From positions 93,930,001-93,994,000 of the forward strand of contig OX597821.1 in the NCBI GenBank assembly GCA_951406725.2: a stretch of DNA of 64,000 bases, read 5' to 3'. The notes under the pieces were generated by a model, which saw only the letters and a program-made list of their open reading frames with translations, was not told the origin of the DNA and made no database searches. Shown one piece after another: positions 26,036 to 36,934 of this stretch. The DNA is from Octopus vulgaris (taxonomy: Eukaryota). Each line of letters begins with the position of its first letter. Position 1 is the first letter of the stretch. Position numbers and translations under genes: made by a program.

Positions 26036-26736
26036 GTAAGTCACACACCTCATGCTTAATGAGAACATCTCTTTCAGTTAATCTCTTAAGATATTTATGA
26101 AATATATATTAGCAACAGATGCAGTATTACCACCCTGGGGTAATATTTATCTTAACAGAAATGTGTATGTTGTGTTAGAACAAATTATACTGTGGTAGGT
26201 ACCATGAGGGAACCTCTCATATCAGCTTTTGCTGCAAAATGCTCTCTTGTTTACATTGCCAGCAAGAAGAGGAATCCCTGACATTTCCAGTGCTGGGACT
26301 ACGTAATTTCAATCTTCCTAGCTTTGTCAATGATGGACACTCGATTGCTAGGCGTAGCAGTCTCTGTGCTGAAGGCAGTGGAGATTTATCTTCCCTTCCC
26401 TTGTGATAAAAACAACAGTGCATTTTGCACCAAAAAAGCCAATATGCGAGTTCTTCTCATAGTAACTTCCGCAGTATAGTTTGTTCTAACAGAACATCTA
26501 TGTTTAAATGAGGATAAATATTACCTCTATTTATGAAATACGCATACTTTGTGAGGACGTATTGTCAGTTCTTCTCTACTTTCTCCGTACAAATATTGTT
26601 CTTTTCTTGTTGTATTGATGCTAGAAGGTTGAATGTTTAAGTTACACATCTTAAAACTAGGTACAATAGGTATTTCACATCTGTCTTCATTTACTACTTG
26701 AGCTCTGTTCATTTTTTTTATCTTTGGCAAATGAAT

Positions 26737-26738
<2 letters not shown>

Positions 26739-26777
<39 letters not shown>
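26739..26777. repeat. (TAA)n microsatellite
   Basis: Direct reading. Confidence 0.97.
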
Positions 26778-26779
<2 letters not shown>

Positions 26780-26786
26780 AATTATT

Positions 26787-27200
26787 GGCGCAGGTGTGGC
26801 TGTGTGGTAAGTAGCTTGCTAACCAACCACATGGTTCCGGGTTCAGTCCCACTGCGTGGCATCTTGGGCAAGTGTCTTCTGCTATAGTCCCGGGCCGACC
26901 AATGCCTTGTGAGTGGATTTGGTAGACGGAAACTGAAAGAAGCCTGTCGTATATATGTATATATATATAAGTGTGTGTGTATATGTTTGTGTGCCTGTGT
27001 TTGTCCCCCTAGCATTGCTTGACAACCGATGCTGGTGTGTTTACGTCCCCGCCACTTAGCGGTTTGGCAAAAGAGACCGATAGAATAAGTACTGGGCTTA
27101 CAAAGAATAAGTCCCGGGGTCGATTTGCTCGACTAAAGGCGGTGCTCCAGCATGGCCGCAGTCAAATGACTGAAACAAGTAAAAGAGTAAAGAGTAAGAG
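26787..27200 (+). mobile_element. SINE family A, the only young copy in sense orientation
   Basis: ggcgcaggtgtggctgtgtggtaag head, aaagagtaaagagtaagag tail. Confidence 0.92.
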
Positions 27201-27309
27201 TATTGTGTATAATGTTCGGGTGCATGTACAGTACGTAGAATTATGTACAAAAGTCAAGAAAGTAAACAATGTAAGTGTCATGATATATATGTGTGTATGC
27301 GTATAGAGT

Positions 27310-27548
27310 GGGGGATATCAGATGTAGTGTTGGTAAATTTCATGCAGCATGGAGATTTTAATGAATGCAATGTCTCGGCAACCAACAACTGATGCAGGTA
27401 GTTTGTTCCATGCTTCAGCAACACAGAGTGTGAAAAAAATGTTTCCAAAAGTAATGGGAATTGTGCTGTTTACTGACTTCGTAGGCATACCCATGTGTGT
27501 TAGACACATGGACCTCAAAAAGGTGTTCAAGGTGGTTGTTGGTATGAT
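27310..27548 (-). mobile_element. CR1-like LINE 3' fragment
   Basis: Similar to 45610-45830; FFTL.VAEAWNKLPASVV. Confidence 0.8.
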
Positions 27549-27835
27549 GCAAATATATAGGAAACTACCACCTGTGTCATCTCTTGTGAAAGGTAGGAGA
27601 GTCCAGTTTGCTGGACATTGTTGTAGAGCTGAAAAAGAGGTAATTTCTACTCTTCTCCTCTGGAAGCCATCTACTCGCAATACCTGAGGGCGCACACTCT
27701 CCTACCCTGATGTAATCTCCAGGGATACAGGCATCCAGCAACAGGACCTCCGTAATGCCATGATGGACTATGAAGTCTGGCGTAGCATGGTAAATTCCAT
27801 TGTCTCGACCACGGTCGAACAATGATGATGATGGT
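27549..27835 (+). mobile_element. RTE-group LINE 3' fragment
   Basis: RRVQFAGHCCRAEKEVISTLLLWKP...YPDVISRDTG...W followed by an (ATG)n tail. Confidence 0.78.
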
Positions 27836-28163
27836 ATGATGGTTATAAAAGTTTAAGACTCATGATCAGAGGTTTGTTTCAGTATAATGTTCAGTAAACT
27901 AGAACCAAATTATTAACTGGCACAGATTTTGATAATGAAAAATAAGGTAAACAGTATTAGTAGAACTCTGAAGACAAGGGTGGTTTTTTTTTTTTTTTTT
28001 GTTTTTTTTTTTTACTTTTAATTTCATGCATATTTTCTTTCTGTGTATGTATTGCTAAGCATAGTCATGTGTCTATATTATCTTCGCTATTCTGTCTACG
28101 TAATTCAAATACAGAGACTATATTTTAAATTTTTCATTTATTTATTAATCTATGTTTTTGCAG

Positions 28164-28281
28164 GAATTTACTTTATGTGTACCCAAAGCACTTCAATGGT
28201 GTCAACCGCCAAGGTTCAGCCAGAAATATTGCTATCAAAGTACAATACATGATTGGGGAAGAAGAAAGCCATGCTTTGAAT
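28164..28281 (+). CDS. DOCK7: DOCK7-like exon 11, start of DHR-1 C2 domain ([39 protein letters not shown])
   Basis: RNLLYxYP and NRQGSARNI motifs. cag/gtgagt, phase 2 to 0. Confidence 0.97.
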
Positions 28282-28327
28282 GTGAGTAAAATGTTAAACT
28301 TGGTTCAAAGCCAGTTATTACCATATT

Positions 28328-28432
<105 letters not shown>

Positions 28433-29445
28433 CACATGCACTCTGATTGATTTAGTAACGGTTTTAGTTAAACATCCTAGAAACATTACCAGATACAACT
28501 GACATCTTAAGATGGCCAGAGGACATTACAACCAAAATGTAGCAGTAACAATAAAGATGAGGACTTTAGTATGAATATATGTATGGTGTGTGTGTGTATC
28601 TTTGTGTGTCTGTGCATGGTTTCTCTTTTTATGCATTCAAACATAAGACGGCCACCTGTCTAGAAAAGAGTAAGTTAAAACTGATATGTTTAGTCCTGTC
28701 GCAGACAATCTCTGTTGTGACAATAAGATGCATCCAGCCTCGTTTGGCACCTGTGCTAGTGGCACGTAAAAAGCACCCACTACACTCACGGAGTGGTTGG
28801 CATTAGGAAGGGCATCCAGCTGTAGAAACCTTGTCACATCAGAGTGGAACCTGGTGCAGCTCCCTGGCTTACCAGTTTTCAGTCAAATCGTCCAACCCAT
28901 GCCAGCATGAAAATCAGACGTTAAATGATGATGATGATGATGTTTGGTCATGTTGGCATGGGTTGGATGGTGTGACCAGAGCTGGCAAGCCAGGGGCTGC
29001 ATTAGACTCCAGTGTGATTTAGCATTGTTTCCTAATGTCAACCATTTTACAGAGTGTGCTTGATGCTTTTACGTGACACTGCACAGGCACTTTTACATGG
29101 CACCGCACAGGCACTTTCACATGGCACGTACGCTTTTACGTGATGCCACACTCTGTCCAAATTGTAAAGAGGTTGTGGAAGGAAGGGCATTGAGCTGTAG
29201 AAATTATAACAAGACCATGACATACACAGCAACAACAAAGACAGATGATGAAAGGCTGTGACAGTGAAAGAAGCAGATATGAAATTTGACATTTTTATTT
29301 AGCTAATTGCTTTGGGATAGGCATAAATTTTACAATTATCTTAATTACCCTTTTATAAATTTGAGGTGTTGTAATCACATATGTGAAATTAACTCTGACT
29401 GTGTTACTATTTTTGTCCTCAATGTATTTCAAGTCAAAATTTATA

Positions 29446-29847
29446 TCTTTATATATAAAAGTAAGGTTTTGTGCTGTCTGTCTCCTACGATTTAGATTCC
29501 TAACTACTCCCACATTTTGCGGTGCAGTTTAACCAAAACTGGGTATCTTATAGTCGTGATTCATATCGAGCCCTTCTGGGTATTAGCGCGCGTCTACGAT
29601 GAGTCTACGATTTAAAAAAAAATTTACCATCATTTTTTTCCATTTTAATGCATTTTTTCGCTATTATATAAGGGAAGTAACTCTCTAAAAATGTCTACGA
29701 TGAGTCAACGATTTAAAAAAAAAAATTTACCATAATTTTCTTTCCATTTTTAATGCATTTTTTTGCTATTTTTTGGCTATAACTCTCTAAAAATGCTTTA
29801 TAGTTATTTCCCTTACAAACCCGAGCAACGCCGGGCGATACTGCTAG
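29446..29847 (+). mobile_element. Non-autonomous Helitron
   Basis: A|TCTTTATATATAAAAG 5' end. Subterminal hairpin cccg-agc-aac-gc-cggg, then CTAG|T. No TSD. Internal ~100-bp tandem duplication. Confidence 0.85.
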
Positions 29848-29919
29848 TTAAGTACATTTTTGTTTCTTATTTATTTAAAGGTGTGATTAATTATTTATCC
29901 TGTTTCTTTGTCTTCCCAG

Positions 29920-29990
29920 GTAATATTTGGTAAATCAAGTTGTCCTGAATTATCCAAGGAAGCTTATACATCTGTGACATACCATAACAA
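29920..29990 (+). CDS. DOCK7: DOCK7-like exon 12, DHR-1 ([24 protein letters not shown])
   Basis: VIFGKSSC...KEAYT.V.YHN motif. cag/gtcagt, phase 0 to 2. Confidence 0.97.
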
Positions 29991-30096
29991 GTCAGTCCAC
30001 AAAATTTAGCATTTATATTTTTAAATATTCATTATTTAACTTCATATTAGATAAGTTACTTTATTTTCAATTTTTTCTTGAAAACAAGCATTTAAC

Positions 30097-30872
30097 ATCA
30101 TCATCATCATCATCATCATCATCGTTTAATGTCCGTTTTCCATGCTAGCATGGGTTGGACGGTTCAACTGGGGTCTGGGAAGCCAGAAGGCTGCACCAGG
30201 CCCAGTCTGATCTGGCAGTGTTTCTACAGCTGGATGCCCTTCCTAACACCAACCACTCCGTGAGTGTAGTGGGTGCTTTTTACGTGCCACCTGCACAGGT
30301 GCCAGGGGAGTCTGGCATCGGCCACGATCAGTTGTTGCTTTTAACGTGCCACCGGCACAGAAGCCAGTCAAGGCGGCGCTGGCATCGGCCACGTTTGGAT
30401 GGTGCTTTTTATGTGCCACCGGCACAGAAGCCAGTCGAGGCGGTGCTGGCATCGGCCACATTCGGACGGTGCTTTTTATGTGCCACCGGCACAGAAGCCA
30501 GTCGAGGCAGCGCTGGCATCGGCCACGTTCAGATGGTGCTTTTTATGTGCCACTGGCACAGAAGCCAGTCGAGGCGGCGCTGGCATCGGCCACGTTTGGA
30601 TGGTGCTTTTTATGTGCCACCGGCACAGAAGCCAGTCGAGGCGGTGCTGGCATCGGCCACATTCGGATGGTGCTTTTTATGTGCCACCGGCACAGAAGCC
30701 AGTCGAGGCAGCGCTGGCATCGGCCACGTTCAGATGGTGCTTTTTATGTGCCACTGGCACAGAAGCCAGTCGAGGCGGCGCTGGCATCGGCCACGTTCGG
30801 ATGGTGCTTTTTATGTTCCACTGGCACAAGTCAGTCGAGGCGGCGCTGGCATCGGCCACATTCGGATAGTGC
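30097..30872 (-). mobile_element. Family B retroelement 3' end with an expanded 67-bp tandem array
   Basis: ggtgcttttt recurs at 30401, 30468, 30535, 30602, 30669, 30736, 30803 (period 67). Confidence 0.93.
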
Positions 30873-31521
30873 TATAGATATATATACATATGAGAGGGAT
30901 GACCACTATGTGGACAACCCTTATGCTAGAAGTAGATCTGCTATGGTCTTACCACTAAGAAATGTTCTCAAGAAAAATTTAGCAAACACCAGAACGCGAG
31001 TGAGCAAGATAAATGAAAAGTAACAAAAATAACACAATTTACTGAACCTTCAGATTTTAATATGCTAGACCACTGGTGTTAAATTGATGTTAATTAAATT
31101 AATATCCAATTTCTCACCCTCATTTTAAATTTATATATATATATATATATCCACAATATAAGGAATGGCCATAATAGGACATTCGACTCACTAGAAAGAG
31201 CAGCCAAACTCAAACCGCTAATAGTTGTAATTCTGAAATTGAAAGAGAAATAAAAACGTTTACCCCTTTCATCTCTGGACTATGCATAGTTTTGGCTAAC
31301 TTTGGTAAACAAGTTAATTAAATTAAATTAAAATTATTTACAACTGGCGTGCCTCGTCAGCAGAGAAGCCAAGGACGAGTATATATCCACGAGGCGATGG
31401 TAAGGAAGCCTCCAGTCTATATGTTCTAAATTTTCAAAATCTACCGCAATCGCGCGGTCTTCTCAGCAGCAAATATAAACTGCTGATTTAATTTCAAAAT
31501 TAGCCAAAAAATCGTTAATTA

Positions 31522-31561
<40 letters not shown>

Positions 31562-31715
31562 TCTGTTAACACTAAAAAAAGGTTTAATGTTAAACTAATA
31601 TCTTCTTTATTAATTGGTTTAATCTACATCTTAGCAGATGCTGAAATATTATTTTTCTATCACTTACAGTGCTACACATCGAGACTGATTATAATTTCAT
31701 CTTTTACCATTTCAG

Positions 31716-31860
31716 ATCTCCACAGTTTTACGAAGAAATCAAAATCAAGCTGCCAGCAAAGGTGTCAAAATCTCATCATCTTCTCTTCTCATTTTACCAT
31801 GTGAGTTGCCAGAACAAAAAGAATGAGCCTACCCCGGTGGAAATTCCTATAGGATACACT
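31716..31860 (+). CDS. DOCK7: DOCK7-like exon 13, DHR-1 ([15 protein letters not shown]...[13 protein letters not shown]...PIGYT)
   Basis: SP.F.EEIK.KLP and HHLLF.FYHVSCQ motifs. cag/gtaagg. Confidence 0.97.
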
Positions 31861-31879
31861 GTAAGGGATACATCTTACT

Positions 31880-31913
<34 letters not shown>

Positions 31914-32073
31914 TTACTAACCTGAATAGCATTTTCTTTATGTCACTACTATCAGCCATCCTTGAACCCAGTATCCAGTCATCAATAAATGTTTTATACA
32001 TACAAACATATTTATAATTGATATAGGATAAAAAATTTTATCAATGGCCAGCATATCAAAAAAATGCCTTTAA

Positions 32074-32294
32074 CCCTTTCGTTACCAACCCGGCTGAAAC
32101 CGGCCTTAGCTCTGTAGTACAAATGTCATGTTTTCATAAGTTTTCAATTAAAATCTTCCACCAAACCTTAGCCACAATTTATGTCACTAACACTAGCTGA
32201 ATGATAACTAAGTTATTTTAGCAAATTCTTTGTTATATTTAAAGTAATTAAAAGAAACACAGAGCATCTCAAAATAAATACAGTAACAAAAGGG
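32074..32294. mobile_element. piggyBac-like MITE family 1
   Basis: TTAA|ccctttcgttac...gtaacaaaaggg|TTAA. Confidence 0.9.
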
Positions 32295-32310
32295 TTAAAG
32301 GTAAAATTTA

Positions 32311-32616
32311 TACATAATTTACAAGATAAGGGCAGAAGAAAAATTCTAATGCCAGATACGCCGAAACAAAAAATTGTCGATAACCATTAAATTTATGCAT
32401 CTCGAAACAAACCGATAGAAATCTCTAAAAAATTTGTTATTACCGTATTGGTCCAATTTCAGGGTTAATTCACAAGAAATTTTCCCCTCTTCAGCGGCAC
32501 ATACGCAAGATATAAATGAAATACTTATTCATAAATTTAATGGTTATCGACAATTTTTTGTTTCAGCATATCTGGCATTAGAATTTTTCTTCTGCCTTTA
32601 TCTTGTAAATTATGTA
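32311..32616. repeat. Inverted repeat, 87-bp arms (32311-32397, 32530-32616) around a 132-nt spacer; Penelope-like remnant
   Basis: Arms are reverse complements with about 3 mismatches. The spacer holds a hammerhead motif. Confidence 0.9.
32441..32499 (-). ncRNA. Minimal type I hammerhead ribozyme motif
   Basis: Minus strand: tgccg [CTGAAGA] gggg...ccct [GAAA] ttggaccaa TA cggta. Helix I 5 bp, near-palindromic helix III. Confidence 0.75.
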
Positions 32617-33026
32617 CAAACATATTTATATATGTGTTGGAGGGGGTGCAGACATGGCTTTATGATTAAAAGTTTATTTCCTAATCATGTGATTCTGAGT
32701 TCAGTTCCATTGTAGAGCACCTTGACTACTATAGACTGAAGTGTTGTAAGTGGATTTGGTTAATGGAAACTGAAAGAAGCTCCTTATCTTTATATGTGTG
32801 CATGTGTATATGTAAGTATGCACATGCATGCTTGTGTGTGTGTGTGTTTACACTCTCTAAAAATCACTTAGCATCTGGCAGTGATGTTGCTATCATTTTT
32901 CTGTGAATGGGTTGTCTACTGGCTTTGTACAGCTGAAGATGTGTGAAATAAGACGTCCCTTATTTGAAAAACTGGTTTGGGTTAGCAATGAGAAGGGCAT
33001 CCGACTGTAAACTGCCTCTGTAATAT

Positions 33027-33248
33027 ACTCTCTCTTTACTCTTTTACTTGTTTCAGTCAGTTGATTGCGGCCATGCTGGAGCACCGCCTTTAGTCGAGCA
33101 AATCGACCCCGGGACTTATTTTGTTGTAAGCCCAGTACTTATTCTATCGGTCTCTTTTGCCGAACCGCTAAGTGACGGGGACGTAAACACACCAGCATCG
33201 GTTGTCAAGCAATGCTAGGGGGACAAACACAGACACACAAACATACAT

Positions 33249-33298
<50 letters not shown>

Positions 33299-33462
33299 CG
33301 ACGGGCTTCTTTCAGTTTCCGTCTACCAAATCCACTCACAAGGCTTTGGTCGGCCCGAAGGCTATAGTAGAAGACACTTGCCCAAGGTGCCACGCAGTGG
33401 GACTGAACCCAGAACCATGTGGTTGGTAAGCAAGCTACTTACCACACAGCCACTCCTGCGCC
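33027..33462 (-). mobile_element. SINE family A
   Basis: Full-length match to the other copies. Confidence 0.9.
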
Positions 33463-33652
33463 TATGATATATTTATTTTATCTTCGCTACTGTGGAAAAA
33501 ATGGACATAAAATAAGGATACAAATTACCTGTGTGTGTTTGTGTGTAGTGGTTGTACAGGAAACCACTTCCCAGCTGGAGCTACTTTGATGCACACAACA
33601 AACAAAATCAATAATTATTATTATGATGATGATGATTTCTCTTTTATTGTAG

Positions 33653-33751
33653 TGGCTGCCCCTGCTTAATGATAGTCAACTATCTGTTGGAGATTTTCAG
33701 CTTCCAGTTTCAATGGAAAAACTTCCTCCTCGATATTCCATGCATTCAGAT
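33653..33751 (+). CDS. DOCK7: DOCK7-like exon 14, DHR-1 (WLPLLNDSQLSVGDFQLPVSMEKLPPRYSMHSD)
   Basis: W.P.L...G.F.LPVS.EK.P..YS motif. tag/gtaagt, 99 nt. Confidence 0.95.
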
Positions 33752-33976
33752 GTAAGTACCAAACTCTAGGATCATTTTCTTGCTTTTAGACTTCTTGATA
33801 CCTAATAGAGAACTCTCTTGCTTTTCACTGTGTGTGCGTACGTAATTCTATTTGTGGTTATGTGTTTATGATTAAATCAGTATTTTTTTTTTAAGGGATG
33901 TGTATTCGGCTCACAATTGTAAAGTTGTAAGTTTGATTCCCTGTGGCATGTTATGTCCTTGAGCAAGTCACTTTAA

Positions 33977-34197
33977 CCCTTTTGTGTTCACATTATTCTG
34001 CCAAAATTAATGCTTTTTCATCCACATTGTTTTGAACTCATCATGCATTATCTTGTAGTTATGAGATTTTGATGAGGTAACTGTTAATTTTTAAAACGGT
34101 ATTGTAGGGCTGGTGTGAGAGACCAGATCTGGCCAGTTTGAACATAAAACAAGCAGAATACTTTTGGCCGGATATGGCCGGTTTAAATGCTAAAGGG
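33977..34197. mobile_element. piggyBac-like MITE family 2, nested in an old family C-like SINE
   Basis: TTAA|ccctt...taaaggg|TTAA. SINE-like halves at about 33895-33972 and 34202-34395. Confidence 0.85.
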
Positions 34198-34478
34198 TTA
34201 AATCACGCTGTTCCCATCCACTCATCTGGCAAAAATAGGTCCTACCTGGAATTCAAAGAGCCAACCTTGTCACACTCTGCATCACGCTGAATCTCCTTGA
34301 GAATTGCATTAAGGGTGTGTGTGTTAATTTCACAGACAGTCTGTTCAGCTGACTGGATCTACTGGAAGCCTCATCATCATAACCAATGGAATGCCAGTTT
34401 ATATGCAAATATGTCTAATATGTTTTGTGTACGTTTTGCATATGCCTTTGTGTCACACTTGTCAGTAATTTGTGGTAA

Positions 34479-34709
34479 GGCGATGAGCTGGCAGAATCAT
34501 CAGCACGCCAGGCGAAATGCTTAGCGGTATTTTGTCTGCCGCTACGTTCTGAGTTCAAACTCTGCTGAGGTCAACTTTACCTTTCATCTTTTCGGGGTCG
34601 ATAAATTAAGTACCAGTTACACACTGGGGTCGATGTAATCGACTTAATCCGTTTGTCTGTCCTTGTTTGTCCCTTCTGTGTTTAGCCCCTTGTAGACAAT
34701 AAAGAAATA
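34479..34709 (+). mobile_element. SINE family D
   Basis: High identity to the 49594 copy. Imperfect TSD agtaatt.gtg.taa. Confidence 0.88.
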
Positions 34710-35757
34710 AGTAATTCGTGATAATCAGTATATGGTTAATATATATTTATGGGGATAGTTGAATCAGTCAAAAACTGGACAACCAGCTAAGAAGTCAATA
34801 GTTCAAATCTTGTCACTGGTTAAGGTAGTAAATGTTCGTTGCATGGAATCAGACATCTGAGATATCTTATGGCACAATCAAGAAATAAATGTGATCTTTC
34901 TTTGTAACATGTGTATATGTTTTGTATGAACTGAACAGTACAACAGCGGAAGAAATTTGCTATTTAAAAAGAGTAAATTCTAGAACTTTACACTCAGTTA
35001 TATCCTCCTGTCATGAATTTGTCTCAGATGTGATTTGATCCAATTTTTTGAGGATAAAGGCTCATCATACATCTCATATATTCAAAACATTCCCTAAGAA
35101 TATGTTTGCTGTTGGCAAACTGCTTAATTAGAAATGCTGACTAAATGCTTTAGGAATTATATAGTATATTCTATCAAATGTGTTACCTGTAAGTTTTACA
35201 TTGACAGTAATATCCACCTGTTACTTGTTTTGATTACTGAGACAACTGAAGGATCCGTTCCATGGTCTCTCAACCTGCAAGAAACCCCATTTCTCTCTAG
35301 GAATGAACTATACTGTTTTGTTGCCTATATGTTTATATCTATTTGTGCATATAGTCCTTGTAAGAGGCTCATAACAATCGGACAAACGAATGGGTATTAC
35401 AACGAATAGGTGAAAGACAACTCCTGAACATAGTGAAAAATCAAAAGCTCGTCTGTTGTCGCGATATTCTGAGAAGCAGAATTCTAGGAAATATTATCAC
35501 AGAAGGAAGAGTAGAGGGTACCAGATATAAAGGCAGGCAAAGAATGCAATGGATAGATGATATCTTGAGCTGGTTGGGACAAGAGTGACAAAGCAAATGG
35601 AGAGCCTGTGCTTAATCAGGAAGATTTCTGTTGTAGTGTATGATGACGATATAGTTTTATGTGTATGTGTATGCATATAAATATATAATTGTTTGTGTTT
35701 ATATAATGTATATATTTATTTATGTGTTTATATAATTTATATATTTATTTATTTCAG

Positions 35758-35838
35758 TCACAGAATATAAAGTGGATGGATAATCGTAAACCATTATTTA
35801 CAATCAATCTTTATTGTGCATCTTCAATACACACGCAG
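35758..35838 (+). CDS. DOCK7: DOCK7-like exon 15, end of DHR-1 (SQNIKWMDNRKPLFTINLYCASSIHTQ)
   Basis: KW.DN.K..F and SSIHTQ motifs. cag/gtatgt, 81 nt. An in-frame second acceptor lies 6 nt downstream. Confidence 0.95.
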
Positions 35839-36059
35839 GTATGTACCTACTGTCAAGCACTATATATATATATATTTTAACCTATCATAAGGCAGCACAG
35901 TAACTTATGCTAGACAACTGACCACATGACAATGATATGAATCTTTGTTACAGTTGTGTTGTATGACTAAACCATATGCATTTTAATACTCTAATACTTG
36001 CCTCTGATATTTGAGAGTAATTTTTGATTCCTACCAGCTGTTACTGTTACTGTTTAGAC

Positions 36060-36934
36060 CAGAGATTCTCAATCATTTTTTTATCTATTGACCCTTCAGA
36101 AATACTCTGTTGTTCTGGTGGATCCCCGTAGACATTCAGTGTTTAAAAGCCAGCTTCATAGAAACTTCTTTCAAAATTCTTATTTTGTTTTTCACACATT
36201 CACTTGTGCAGGTTGAACTATGTAAAATGTTAGAGAAAGAAACTGAGCTGTTTCTTGCAATTCATGCCAATACATACATACATCATCATCATCATCGTTT
36301 AATGTCCATTTTCCGTGCTAGCACGGGTTGGACGGTTCGACCGGGGTCTGGGAAGCCAGGAGGCTGCACCAGGCTCCAGTCTGATCTGGCAGTGTTTCTA
36401 CAGCTGGATGCCCTTCCTAACGCCAACCACTCTGTGAGTGTAGTGGGTGCTTTTTACGTGCCAGAGGAGGCTGGCAGCGGCCACGATCGGTTGGTGCCTT
36501 TTACGTGCCACCAGCACAGAAGCCAGTCAAGGCGGCGCTGGCATCGGCCACGTTCGGATGGTGCTTTTTACATGCCACCGGCACAGGTATCACAACTACT
36601 ATTTCCATTTGATATTTATTTTGATGTTTATTTACTTGACTCAATAGGTCTCCTCAAGCACAGCAGGTCACTCTACGATCTAAGCACAGCAGGTCGTTCT
36701 GCAATCCAAGGTACTTTGAATGGACTGGGGCTATGCGAAACTGGTGTAGGAAGCAGCCTGGGTCTTTGCAGTCACAGCATATCTCCAGAGATCTCAGTCC
36801 TTCGCCATTGCCTCTGTGAGGCCCAATGCTCGGGACCCTTTAAAATATTATTGTGGCTCCCCAATTTACCATTTTGTTGTGTGGACCCTCCCACACGCAC
36901 AAAATCTTATATGGGCCCTGGTTGAGAACCACTG
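36060..36934. mobile_element. hAT-like MITE interrupted by a LINE fragment (uninterrupted relative at about 5222-5552)
   Basis: TIR cagagattctcaa / ttgagaaccactg. 8-bp TSD gtttagac at 36052-36059 and 36935-36942. Confidence 0.88.
36281..36830 (-). mobile_element. Family B copy extending into a LINE ORF C-terminus, nested in a hAT-like MITE
   Basis: Minus-strand translation near 36755-36830 reads ALGLTEAMAKD*DLWRYAVTAKTQ, an RTE-like ORF end. Confidence 0.8.

Noticed and set aside
30155-31023. Three long overlapping ORFs and a regularly spaced array resembling CRISPR
   Set aside because: Units are near-identical along their whole length (no unique spacers), the context is a eukaryotic intron and there are no cas genes. 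The ORFs arise from the stop-free 67-bp unit.
31345-31475. Minus-strand CTGACGA and CTGAGAA motifs with small hairpins in a Penelope-like-looking remnant
   Set aside because: GAAA is not positioned after helix II and helix I cannot be formed; too degenerate to call.
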